A stretch of 36,973 bases of DNA from Pelomyxa schiedti (taxonomy: Eukaryota > Protista > Evosea), in NCBI GenBank assembly GCA_020536535.1, contig JAHLWZ010000550.1, positions 1 through 36,973 of the forward strand, written 5' to 3'. Positions 20,798-33,604 of this stretch are shown here, piece by piece; within the stretch, counting starts at the first letter, position 1; the number at the start of each line of letters is the position of its first letter. The notes under the pieces were generated by a model that was not told where the DNA came from, did no database searches, and saw only the letters and a list, made by a program, of their open reading frames with translations. A program made the translations under genes and the position numbers.

Positions 20798-23201
20798 ATG
20801 AAGCGTAGAGGAGCGTCCAAGCTACATGTAACCGCAAGCCCTGTTGTTCCGTCTACAACTCGAGCCGCCAAGGCCAAACCTGTCGCGGTCAAGCCCGAGC
20901 AGCAGCCACCCCACGAGGACGACGAGGACGACGAGGACGAGGACGAGGACGAGGCACCCGACGACGACAATGACGAAGAAGCAGAGAGGGAAACCGGGGA
21001 CCCGGTCGTAGACCCAGACAGCGACGGGAAGGAGGAGGCCGACAGCGACGAAGAGGAGGAGGACGAGGAGGAAGAGGAAGAGGAGCAGGAGCAACAGGAA
21101 GAAGATGACGAGGAGGAGGAGGAGGAGGAGGAGGAGGAGGAGGAAGGGGAAGACGACGACGGGCAGGGAGTGTACGCGAGCATGGTGCCAGTCCGCGACG
21201 AGGACGACGCGAGGGCGGGCAGGGCCAGCGCGAGTGACGACGAGGAGGAGGGAGAGGGGGAGGCGGGGGGGGAGGAGGCGGCGGACGGTGGGGAGCTGGA
21301 GGTGGTCGTGGGGCGGGAGGGGGCCGGGGTCACCACTGCCGACGCGGCGGCAGCGCGGGCGAGGGAGGAGGAGATGCGGGCGCGGCGGGCGGTGCTGAGC
21401 CGCATGGGGGAGTCCTTCGTGAGCGAGCCCCACGTGCTCCTCGTGGCCGGCACCTACGAGCACCAGCTGTTCGGATTCGCGGTTTCGCCCGATCTGCTGC
21501 AGTCTACCCAGCCTCAGTCCGATTCTGATACCAATTCTGGCTCTAGTACAACCAGTTCCACGAGTACTGGAAATAGTGCCGCCGCTTCTACTACGACTTC
21601 GAAAAGAGGCAGTGGAGTTGTTGTGAAGACTGAGGGGGATAGTGTTGTGGTGAAGACTGAGCCTGGAGATAAGATTGACCCGGGAAAATCTGTGAACAAA
21701 GGTGGCAAGAGTGCTGCCGCCAAGTCACCAAGTGCTGAACTCTCCCCTTCGAGTAAGCTTTTTGACTTGGGCCTGGAACGAGCTGGTTGTGAAGCTATTG
21801 TTCCGGCCTTCGCTTTCGTTGCTCATCTCGGCTGCGTTAAAGCACTAGCTTGTTCCAAGTCGGCATATGTCACTGCCTTGACCGAGAAAGCACCCGCTCC
21901 CAGTAAATGGATCGAGAGGTCGTTGTTGGTCAGCTCTGGAAATGATGAAACAATCAACGTGTATGACTTGAACAGGAGGGTACAAACTTCGACTCTTTAC
22001 CTGCACTCTGGTATTTCATTCTCTTCTACTTGGTTTGGGGAATGCCAGAAGCTCACACAAATATTCAAGGAGGGGTAACTTGCTTGGAATGGCATAAGGT
22101 CCATGTTTTAAGTGCCTCTACTGATGGATCCATCTGCGTGTGGAGAACCTCTGATTGGGAATGCATGAAGACCATCAAGGCACACACGTAAGAGTCTTGC
22201 TGGATATCTTCCCACTACTTAGTGCTTATTTAGGGGCGGAGTAACGGCTTTGAGTATACATCCATCAGGGAAACTGGCCCTATCAGTTGGATCAGATAGA
22301 AAATTAAAACTTTGGGATCTCCTACTGGGAGTCAAGATACATGCCTCTAACCTCAGTTTTGGTATGCCACAAACCATTTTGTGCAACTAACTTAGATTCC
22401 TTCAGACGCTGAGTTACTCCAATGGGCCCCAAAGGGGGAGAATTTTATCATGTCATACAAATTACACACGGCAATTTATAACATGGTAATATTGGTGTGC
22501 CTTTCTTGCCGGTCTTATCGGTTTTTTAGGATCTCAAAGTGGTCAAATTACTGCAGTACGAGTCACCTGGGCGTGCCTGCGCATTCTTCAGCGAAAAAGT
22601 AACTCAAATTAATTCTCTGCTCTCCCATATATATATAATGCTTTCTGTAGGAACTGATATTGGGTCATGAAAACGGAACTCTGAGTGTTTGGGACATCAC
22701 AACCGGTGAGAAAACCCGTACATTTAGCAGGACACCAGCCAGCCGGTATGTTTCACTCTCACATTATTCCCCTCACCACGCTCACTGGTACTCAGTATCA
22801 AAGGCATTGCCCTCATATCCGCGGACCACATTGCCACGGCTTCCTCTGATGGAACCATTGCCATATGGAATGTGAAGGAATCATCGGAAGTACTGAGCTT
22901 CCCCACACGGGCCCGGCTCACATGCCTCATAGCTGCGCAAGTCACAGCCAGTAGCACAAAGAGGGAGCGAGTGCAGGCCGAAGGCAAGCGACTGGCCACA
23001 GTGAAGAAGCTGAGCCAAAAATTCGACCAGTTGGACAAGAAAGGACATGTATCAAAGACTGATGCTGTTTGGATAAGAAAAAGCAAACGACTCCTGAAAC
23101 AGAATCCTAACACTGCTCCGGCTGACAAAAGGCCACCACCAACACAGCAACAACAGCAACCAAGTGCAAGTAAGAAGCCAAGAGTAAACAAGAAGCCATA
23201 G
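20798..23201 (+). CDS. PAK1IP1: PAK1IP1/Mak11-like WD40 60S ribosome biogenesis factor with a long acidic N-terminal extension; multi-exon
   Basis: LLVAGTYEHQLFGF, FVAHLGCVKALA, LVSSGNDETINVYDL, LSASTDGSICVW, SIHPSGKLALSVGSDRKLKLWDL, TRARLTCL, and a basic C-terminus. Confidence 0.88.
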
Positions 23202-23286
23202 GAAAGTAAAAAAACAGAAAGCTATCAAGGGAAAAAGAGTTTTTTTTTTTACATAGTACTAACAGTATTTCAGATGTTGGTTGGTT

Positions 23287-26200
23287 TCAGAAGTCAACAG
23301 AGATATCCGCGGTTGATGAAGGTGTTGTGGTTGTTGCTGTTGCCGTTGCTGTTGTTGCGGCTGTGTGCGGTTGTTGCGGGGATGACTGCGGGGCAAAGAT
23401 GACAGAATCATCCCCATTCTGGTCCGTGATTCTTTGTTGGTTGTGTGTAGTTGTGGATGCGGCGCTGTGTGTTCTTGTTGCTGGAAGTGTGGGTGTTAGT
23501 TGTTGTTGTGTATTGGCACCGCTTCCTCCTTGTCTTTGTGCCAGATAGTTTTGCAATCCAAGGTTGACTTGCGGTTTCTGTGAAGCGAGGAGCGTTGGTG
23601 ATAGCGAATTTGTTGCTGTAGTGGTCGGTGTGTTAGGGAAGGTGGTTGTGGCAGGGGTTGTTGTTGGAGCCGGTATGGCCGCGGCTGTAGCCATCGGTGT
23701 TGGTGAGGCTGATGAGTGTGTTGGAGTTACAGTCCGCTGCGGAGTGGGAAGCAGCCCTTGTGGGAGTGGTGGGGAGGGATTGGCAACAGGGTGTGCTGTT
23801 TGGGATGGGGTGGTGTTGAACGGTAGGGACCGCTCTGGTGGTTGGGGTTGCGAAACTGCTTGTGGGGTATTGCCCACAAGTTGTTGTGGCTGGGGATCCC
23901 GCTGGTTAGTTTGCGGCTGGGGTTGGAGGTGGCGTTGCAATTGCAACGGTGCTTGAACGCGGGTTTGCATCATTTGTTGTTGTTGGGGAGTTAGTTGTGG
24001 TTGGGAAAACGTCTGAGGTGGAGATTGAGTTGGTTGTGGTGTGTGATGAGGTTGTGGAGGACTTGTTGTGGGATAGAGCTGTGTCTGTGCCTGGGATGGT
24101 CTTTGGTCTGGAGCTTGAGTTGGAATTTGATTTCGTGTTGGTGTTGAGCTTGGTGGTGCTAGGGTAGGTGTCGGTTGGGTTGGAGCTGGAGTAGGAGTTG
24201 GACTGAGTGGCTGTGCTAACGGCGGAACATTTGTTGGAGTGGTGATTGGTGTTAGTGCAGGCACTTGAACCTGAGTTGGTTGTTGGGCTTGCGGGCGGAA
24301 ATTTTGCAGAGGTTGCAATGTTGTTGGAACACTGGACAGAGGTCTTCGCGCTCCTATTTGCGATTGCATCTGATTATTCAATGTAGGTTGTACTTGTGGT
24401 GTAGGCTGCAATTGCACCTGTGGCCGGTTGGTTTGGCAAGTAATGACGACTCGATTTGGTTACATACTTGACTTGTAAGCTGGAAACTCATTTGCAGTTG
24501 CTGTTGCAGAGATAACTGCGGATTCTGAGTGCCTGGTGGCTGGGCAGCACCTCTAGGGTTCGCCAGATTTGGGGAAATCAACTACACGTAGTGAGTCACC
24601 ATATATAAAAGACTGTTCCAAACTTGATTTGCATCAGTCGCACTCCCTGGGTTCATCTCTAAACCTGTTGTTGGATCGTTCATTCCTAACGAAGAGTGAG
24701 TTTATGTAGACGGACTACGAACCAACCAAAAGTGTTTGGGCGCAGAGGTGCAGCTGTTACGGCAGCACGAATGGAATCTAAGAGACTTGAATATGTAGAT
24801 GGTGGGTTTGGGAATATTCAAACCGGCAATTGGCGCTCTTGCTTGTGGGACAAGAGAACTCACTCTAACAAGACTTAAAATGAATGGCATAAAAGATGTT
24901 GTACCCATCAGTGGCATCAGGGTCGTGTGTCTCAATTAAAATTGTTGGCGTTGTTTCACTACAAGTTGTCTGTGGCTAGTTGGATTTCATGAGAATAAAG
25001 GTCAGGAATACCTGATCAGGCGCAAACTTTTTAAAAGTGCATTTTGTTGATTCCCAAAAAGCCCTGGACAGCTCCGTCGAATGAGTTATGCATTCAATAT
25101 TGCTGGTCCACCTTAAAAAAAGTCAGGGAAATTGGTGGTGTGCCTGCATACGTTGATTTTGGATTGGCAAATGGAACCTCTTGGGTCTTGGATTGTTAAA
25201 GGAACTCAAAGTTTGTAAAAAAACACACAGGAAAATATCCAGAAAAAGGAGCCCATGATGGCTTTCTTGCAATATTCCACTGTGCCAGTTTCTCTGTAGC
25301 AACTCCAATAGCAGATTTATCAGTTTCAGTTTCTAATAATAGTTTGAGAGGAGCGAATTTTCCGGATGCACATACGTGCAAGGTGGGTGGCTATCTGGTT
25401 AAGAGAAAGAACTCCTTGAGTAACCATCAGGAAAAGAGGTTTCCCGTCAAATTGTGAATTTTGTTGTGGCGCAGTGGATATGGCTGCACTAATGCTAGGC
25501 TTTGTGTGCTTAACAGGTAAGTTCGGGTTATCTTGGGTGTACTTAAGAGTGCTTGCTGCAACAAATTTTACCTTTAAAAAAGGTCACATTCAACTTGAAA
25601 AGAAAGGGAAATTTTACTTTTGGACAAAGGAAAGGATCTTGGGAATGAATTCTCGCGAGTGCGGAAAGTTCAATGTGCTAAACTAATCTTAGGGAGAGAA
25701 CTTCTTCTGCACAGCACATACAGGATACGTTCCTGTTCTACTGAAGCCAACATGCTTCCAGGACCGATTAGGTGTGAACGCTGTGGAGTGTGTATAGATT
25801 TGTACAGGTCCTCCAGATGGGTACACGGCGAATATATCTTGGTCTTTGTTACAAAATACACTTTGAAAGGAAAACCTCACGTGAAGTCCCATGTGTAGAA
25901 CTAGCAATGAACCAGCGGGAATCGTCATTGAATGCCATATCTTGAACTACTGCAGCACTGACTCCACGATGAAGGGTGTAACTATACGTGTCAGGTTATA
26001 CCTCCAAACAGAATTGGAACAACATGCGCTGTGGTTTCTCTTGAGTAGATGTAACTCTATACACATGGAAAGAACGGCATTCAACGTCAGCCGTAACAAG
26101 CTTTGGTTTTTAAGAAAAGGTCAATGTGAGACAAAGCAAGAAAGATGAGAAAGGAAGCGAACCAACGTTCCACTGGGATCCCAGTTTAGTGAAGACAGAG

Positions 26201-27739
26201 GTCGAGGATGGGCGTAAAATTGACTCACTGTCTTCTTTGATATTATGTCTAAAATGACGACCTATCACAGTAAGTGAGACCAAAAATATTGAGATAGACA
26301 CACAGATCCGCCAGCAGAGTTGTCTTGCTGTTCAGCAGTTGCAACACCCGCAGAAGTTTGAACAGCAGTACTTCCTTGAGGTTCTTCTGGAGTTTCGGAT
26401 GAATACCCTAGAATAGAGTAAACTGACTTCCCTGCCAGGTCACCTAGTAGCAAAAACATAAACAAAGGACGCGTAGAGTACTTCAAACCAATGAAGTAGG
26501 CTCCTTTCACAACATCTCTGGCAATTTTTCCGATTTTGTCTTCCATTGGGGGTTCTTCATTTTCAATAGCTTTATTACCAGCATATCTTGATCAAGTTAG
26601 GTCAAACCAGAAAGTAGAGCATGGCTTACGCAAGCCACCGATCACTCAGTGCCAGTACTTGTCCATTGGCGGGACATGGGAATGTTGGCAGTTCGCCTAT
26701 TTGCTGAAATGTGGAAGGGTCTATCAACAATAATTTCAGTTGGAGTGCCTAAGAATGGTCATATCTAGTACGCAACTCTTTTTTTGCTCACTATGATAAA
26801 AATGTGCTTCGAGCAGTAGATATTATATATTTCGTCATCCAAAGAAAAATCTTTCACGGTTTGGCCAGTCTTGAGTGAGAACAGTCTGAGTTGTTTGCAG
26901 GGAAACCTCGTTAATGCTGCAGTTGGTGTTGTTGGTCTTTCTGTATCATATGGCAATTTTTCTCCCATTCTACAACATATTCAGTTTCAGAGAGGTGCAG
27001 AAAAACTTACACTAAAGCTATTGCAGGCCTGGCATCGAAGAGTGGGTAACCAGGGGTTTCCGGTGTCACTGGAATTGGTAGAACCTTTGGGCGAGCTGTT
27101 GGTATGGAATAGGCTGACAGAGGGGCTACCTTGGCACACTTTACAGCTGCCTCTCTCTTCGAGCATATTTCCACCACGCTGTTCAAGTTCTCTATGTCCC
27201 AAACCTGAAATCCAGTTGTGTACCCAACTATCAAACAAGGGTGCCTGTTGAAATTTGGGTAGTGCAACACCTCTTTTTTTTGTGTTGATAACAAAGGCAC
27301 CCACCAACCTTACCTTAGTACAGGAGTGAATTCTATGTAGTCGAAAGAGGCCCACATCATGGTCTCTGGAGAGTCAGCATTTGGTGTGGGTGTAGACTTG
27401 GACTTTCCCAAATAAGAGTATATGCTACCACTAACTGCACTCAAATACGTTGTTGGAGCCTCAGTCCTATTCCCAACCTCAGACAACTTATCCACAACAT
27501 TCAAAAGCAAAAGGGAGAAAAGAGAGGGGATAAAAAAAAAACAAAAAAAAAACTTGTGACAACAAACAAATACGAGGAGGAAATTGTGGGAGTGGTGGAA
27601 TCGCGTACTTTACAGGGACGCTCTCGGCGACCCTAGGTCCCGTCGGCGTCATCCCATAACCGCCTCCCACCATGGCTGCTGGGGCACCACCCCCGCCCCC
27701 CACGTATCCCATACTACTCGGTGTCGCCACCCCAGTCAT
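23287..27739 (-). CDS. BCAS3: BCAS3/ATG18(f-h)-like WD40 propeller autophagy protein with a long Q/P/T-rich C-terminal tail; multi-exon
   Basis: MWASFD, LIVGYTTGFQVWDI..VVEICSKRE, LRLFSLKTG, LNWDPSGTLLVTA, YTLHRG..AVVQDMAFNDDSRWFIASSTHGTSHV, WTSNIECITH. The Q/P/T ORF 23287-24417 starts at a CAG acceptor and appears to be the last exon; that link is less certain. Confidence 0.82.
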
Positions 27740-27944
27740 CACCCCCTCTTCGTGTGTGTTTTTCGCGGGTTTGATTGTTTGATTTTCGAGGCCCAAGTTG
27801 GATCAGAAGGAAGGGATGGGTCCCATAGGGCAGTTTGGGACCTTTTTCTTTGGGGATTTTAGGCAGTGCAGTCCAGGGCAATCTAGGGGCCAAACTCTTT
27901 TTGTAACTCTGGTTTTTTTTTGTGTTTCGTTTCGGCAATGCTGA

Positions 27945-30900
27945 TTAGGGTGACTGTGCGATTGTGTGGGCAGCTGTGAGGTCATTTGGGTTATTGATAA
28001 GGTATTCCTCAATGGCGGCTGTGATTTCCTCTTGTGATGACAGCTTCCTGTTGTGATACAGCATGTGATCAATGGCCGAGTAGTTCTGAATCATTCTAAC
28101 CTTGTCCGCTGCCAATCTGCGGGAATGTGAGCAAGGAAATCGCAGAATGGAATTTGGGGGTGTTACTTTGCTGTGAAACCCAAGAATTCATGCACCAGGA
28201 TTGGCATTTTGAAACCCCGGACCTGAAGTTCTATTAGGAGGAGTGAAGGAATGTGAGGGTGATGTTTTACTTTGACATGACTGATAGCTCGCCATGCAAA
28301 TGTATCATTGTTATTTCGGGAACAAAAATCCCTGATAGAATCGGATACCAGAGCCGAAGTGTGCAGGTCCTTATTCAACGATTCTAATCTGCTCGCCAAG
28401 TTTACTGTGTTTCCTTTTGAAATTGGGTAAGGGAATGCCTTTATATGTGGAAGCTCACCAAGTACTGTGAAGTTGAGCCTTTGACTTGATCTGGAGAAAG
28501 ATCTTAAACCCATAAAATTTTGGCGCATTAAAATAAATACCCCACATTCCCGGCATTTACTTCCCCCGAATGAAGCTTAAAAATACTGGTTATCAAGCTT
28601 GTAGAGGGGAGATGAATAGCTTACTCCGATGCGAATCCGCATTGACGGGTAAGACTTGACCTGAAATATTGAATTCAACCTATCCATGTCTGCCAATATC
28701 TCAGCAGCGGCACGGCAAGCTTTCATTTCAGAGTTGGGATCAACAACAGGACAACCCCACAGTGCCTGAAGTGTATTTTAGTGTCAGTTCAATTCGCACG
28801 AACCTTTCACACCATAATTGCATCTCCAATATACTTGTAGGTACAGAATGAGTAAGCACCAATTTAGGGCGAGAGCTTACCTTATCAATGCAACCATCGT
28901 TCTTTGAAATGATTGTGGAAAATGATTCAAACATGGTGGAAAGGATGTCAATGACACATTGGGCACCATACTGTTCCATGTTTCGAGTCTGAAGATCGGT
29001 GGTGAGTCGTGGTTGGAAAGATGGGAACCAACAAAGTCTACAATGTCGAGGAACATCACAGTGCAGTGCATCTTGGTCACCCCAACAATGGGTTTCATGT
29101 GGTTCTTGCAAAGGTAGCTTCCAAGATTTAAAACGAACGGATATCAATTATTTGAGGTTCTTACCGAACAACTTGAGTTGGAACGTATCTGTAAAACACT
29201 TTAGAGTACAAGAAGAATGAAAGAAAGAATCGTACTGACTGAAAGACTCCAATGCGGATTGCATGCTCAACACTTCGGTGTTCAACTGCACAAGATCAGT
29301 AATAAAGGGAGATCCAGTATGAAAACTACCGAGTCGATTTCTCGCAACAAACTGGTTCTGAGGCTGCTGCTCTCACACCTGGGTCGTATTAAAAAGGAAA
29401 AAAGAAGGTTGAATCACACCTCACTAACTGTCCGCTTGAAACTTTTTTGAGTTTGCTTATAACCGCAGAGAGTGCTCGCGCAAGCACTAATGATAAAGTA
29501 ATGCTGATCATTACTGCTAGGACTGCCATGGCGACTTCCACGCCCAGAACAAGCCATAGGGAGAAATAAGCGTCATCTACGGCTATGGATTGTTCCTCTT
29601 GAATTTCGCACATAAAGTCCTTTCACATATTAGGTTGATAAGGAGTTTAATTTGAGAAAAACATTCTCTGGGGTGACCAAGAATAGCCACAAGATAAGCC
29701 CTCCACTTGCAGTGATGGGAGCTACGTCCACAAAAGTCAGACCTCCGTCATCCGCAGTCATAGTGAAATGGCTTTCACTTGGTGTGGACCCAGTTTTGTT
29801 CACCCACTTGAAGATGTAAAGATAGGAATGCCAGTCAAAGGGACGAACCTTTTCAGTAGCCACTTTCACAACATCATTTGGACAAGTCAAGGCAAAAATA
29901 TCTTTGCCAGACTCTGTCAGAATTGGAATGCCAGTAGTTCCAGCAACTATTTTGAGCGATTCGTTCTCCAACAGGAAAGCGAGACCGTGCTCCGTAAGGT
30001 TGAAGTTCTTGAAGAACTCCTGCAAGAAGATGGTGCTGTATGTGACCTGAATGACAACAGGTACTGAGAAAGGCGGCCTGAGTGTATACCCTATAAGTCT
30101 GCCATCTTCTGGATTTACTGACATCCAAACTGATGTCCACGATCCATTCCGCGCTGAGAGTCCACTTTGCCTTTTTGTAATGATTTTAGCCTAGCCGATA
30201 TGTTTTGAGGACTGGAAACAGACCACCAATCTCTCGAGGTGAGGTTGTAATTCGGGATGGGAATTTCCCTTTCCGTGGTCGGCACTCCATTGCGAATATG
30301 AAAGAAGGATATATTGGAATCCACACAGCTATCGTACATTCCCCACGTTAGTTGTCGGTCAATGTAAAAATGTTCTCCTTGACTGTTCACCCATCCAACA
30401 AACTATTTGAGCATCACCACACTCAATGAAAAAATTGCTGATACAAACCAAGGTATTTATAGCCGAGAAATGCTTGGATATCCCACGGAATGCAGACTGA
30501 AACATCGTGCAATCTGTGTGCAGAGGAACTGCAGAAGTATATGCATATTCGGGAACTGAAAGTTGTGCCACGTATGCCACTGTGGGAGGGAGGCTCATGT
30601 GGAATGATATTGCTGATACACTCTTTTCAACCAGAAGATTTCTGTACACGTCCATCTCCTAAGTTTCTCAGGGTAAATAAAGTTGTAGGTTAATTTTATC
30701 GAAAACCTTGGAAATACTGTCTGAACATGTTCCGGAAAGAGAACGGAGGGAGGAAACCCATAATGAAGTTGTGGGTGCTAGGCTGACAACAACAATGATC
30801 AAAACTATCAGAGCAGCCACCACTGGAATCACAGTCATCAGTGAGCACATCCCAGCAAGTTTACTGCGAAAAGGGAAAAGCAAAAAAGTCAGTCCATTGG

Positions 30901-31029
30901 GACTAAAATACTACATGAATACCTCCTCCTTGACTTGGCCAAATTCGAGTCAATTGGTTTACCAATTCCATTCAAGTGAATACTTGAACTGACTGCTCCA
31001 TCCCCGCCATTCCCATCCCCACATCCCAT
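27945..31029 (-). CDS. Membrane-bound class III adenylyl cyclase (TM - Cache-like extracellular domain - TM - cyclase); multi-exon
   Basis: TVMFLDIVDF, GCIDKYIGDAIMALWG, MRIRIGLHSGEVNAGNVGSSQRLNFTVLGNTVNLASRLESLNK, VKVRGFKMPILVHE. Two hydrophobic helices (IPVVAALIVLIIVVVSL; LWLVLGVEVAMAVLAVMISITLSLVL). Cache-like YNLTSRDWW. Stop TAA 27945-27947. Confidence 0.92.
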
Positions 31030-31558
31030 AGTTGAGCTGTCTGACACTTTGTTCTTTTTTGGGTTGACACACCCGCAGGCACTCAATGCCACTTCAAATG
31101 TTTTTAAAACCCACGACATGCCACTTCAGTCCTTGTCCTCCACTTCCCCTCCCTTAACACTTCTTTAGGCTTTGTTTGGGTTGTAGACACATCGAGACAT
31201 CCCCATCACGTACCTCAACATCACCTAATTTTTGTGACAAGATCACTGACAGTCTGTTACAAGAATGGAGAACATCTTAACCAAGTTGCCTCCTCCTTGA
31301 ACATACTGTTCCCAGACGCATTAATAATAAAAACAACCAACAATGCCTCAGCACCTTGGCAGTGATGATGGGGTCAGAATTGAACTTGATGGGGAGGGGA
31401 GTATTTCTCAGATACGCAGCATCAAACGTCCACAGAATTCGTTTCACCTAACGCGATTGGGCATAATTGGTCGCCGTCGCGGCAACAACCAAACGATATC
31501 GACGCGATCGTGAACCTTGAAAGGGGGAGGGCTTGAGCAGCGGTGCGGGGTTGATATA

Positions 31559-33521
31559 ATGCGGCGGTTGCTGTTGTGGTTGGCGATTGTGGGATTGGCC
31601 AGTAGTAGCAGTGACAGTTACTATAGTAATAGTGACAGTGACAGTGATGGACGTCATGCAATGATGCCTGGGTTCCCCATGCACGTGTCAGTGCCTGTCA
31701 TTTCAGTGGTAGTCTATCACTAACTTATTCATCTACAACCTATGTTGTTGTTGTTGTTATTATAATTGCTGGATTTGTTGTCATTGCCAATGTGTCTCGT
31801 TTAACTCTTCAGTGCGAAAAAGAAATCATAACTACACGTAAAATAACGCTTTAAACGTTAAAGNNNNNNNNNNNNNNNNNNNNNNNNNNNNNNNNNNNNN
31901 NNNNNNNNNNNNNNNNNNNNNNNNNNNNNNNNNNNNNNNNNNNNNNNNNNNNNNNNNNNNNNNTGTTGTTGTTGTTGTTATTATAATTGCTGGATTTGTT
32001 GTCATTGCCAATGTGTCTCGTTTAACTCTTCAGTGCGAAAAAGAAATCATAACTACACGTAAAATAACGCTTTAAACGTTAAAGCTCCAAACTGACCTTG
32101 TTTGTGTTGTTGTGTCTGATGGATTCCTTTTGGAAAGCTCATGGTGACATCTTTGATAATATGTGGCATTGTGGTTATTATGCATAGTGTCAACTACGTG
32201 CACCCAATCACGCAGAGGTTCCTTATCAGAATAGTACTAGTTGTGCCCGTTTTTTCTATTCTCAGCTTCTTGACGTGAGGATCCTTTTCTTAAAAGACAA
32301 GTTGAAGGAATAACCTTAATATAAGCCTTTAGGTTCATTTTGTGGGAGTTTTCCCCCTTCTTCAACGTGGCGCAGGATCTATATGAGGCATACGCTCTTT
32401 TATGCTTGTGCGTTTCAGAAATCTCTTTATTTGTTGACGTTTTGTTCAGCTTCTCTCTGCTTGTGGCATACTGCGGGGATGTCAAGTGCCTATCCACTTG
32501 CTTGGCCGATAAACTAGCTCCTACGTTTAAGTGCTGTTGTTGCTTTACATTGACAACGCCAACACCCCCTCGTTTGGTGCGATTCGCAAAGATTTCCATC
32601 TTTCAGTTTATGATAATGTATCTCTCTCCTTCTACTGTCGTGCTCTAATTTCTGCTAGAAAACCCCTTATTAGTGTAGCTTCTGTGGTTTTCATGTTCGT
32701 GTTTCCACTCCGGAAGTTGGAAGTCGCAATGCGACTGGCGGCACTGGCCTCTCTGATTTTTGCCATGTGGACCCTGTTAATGTTTTTTAGAGTGATATCA
32801 AAGTGCCTGAGTGGACTCAACACACTTCAGGTTACTTCTTCCCAATTCCAAAGTGGCCCTGACTTTTCTGCAGATATTCCTGTGGCTTAAAGGCCTCATA
32901 TTTCTACTTGTTGTTCAAGAGGCAGTTGTTGACATGGCATTCCAGCGAGGCTTGATCATGGGTAACAGCTTATTTGCAGCCGGTGCCCGTGCCCGCCGGT
33001 TCGCCGCGTTCCTGTGCCTGATTGAATGCCTTGCATTCAGCATAGCCGCACCGATTGTGTTCTCTTACAAGATGTACAAGGAGAAACGCCTACGCGGTGA
33101 TGTTGCTCCCTCTGTTCTCCGAGGCCGGGGGCTGACAGCCCGGGTTCTGATATTGGAATGCCTCAAGGATGTATCCCTACTCTGGATTCTGAGCGGCGGA
33201 GGGTGCCCCCATCCCAAGCCACTAGACACACTCGGCGGCACAGCCAACACCAGTGCCCTCATCGAAGCCGGCCTATCCACGTCCGCATCAGAATCATCCG
33301 GAAATGGTGGAATCGGCGGAATATCCATATCAGTGATTCCCGGCTCCCCACCACCACAACATATCAAAAACAATGCCACACCTGGTGTGGTGGAATCAAT
33401 TCCATCAGAGCATGCACCATCACCACCCCCTACATATTCCAATTCCCATTCCGAACCAACAACTACAACAAAAGCAACGAGCACTACAACCACAACTACT
33501 AGTACCGATTCTAACCTCTAA
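31559..33521 (+). CDS. TMEM184/organic solute transporter alpha (Solute_trans_a) family protein; multi-exon, intron 1 spans the gap
   Basis: NYVHPITQRFLIRIVLVVPVFSILSFL, FFNVAQDLYEAYAL, AKISIFQFM, FLWLKGLIFLLVVQ, FLCLIECLAFSIA. Intron 31709-32137 restores the TM1 sequence VSVPVISV-LMVTSLIICGIVVIMH. S/T/P-rich tail. Confidence 0.85.
31864..31963. other. Scaffold gap (100 N) with overlapping flanks
   Basis: 31743-31863 is repeated at 31964-32084, so the two contigs overlap and the gap is probably spurious. Confidence 0.95.
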
Positions 33522-33604
33522 AATGTAAAAAAATGGGATCAAGAACCCATCAAGTGAATGCTTTTTTTTTTAAGGTAGAATTCTCCGGCATGTGCTTTGG
33601 AAAC

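Noticed and set aside
31743-32084. 121-bp direct repeat around the second gap as a target-site duplication or LTR
   Set aside because: Exact overlap of contig ends around a placeholder 100-N gap; an assembly artefact.
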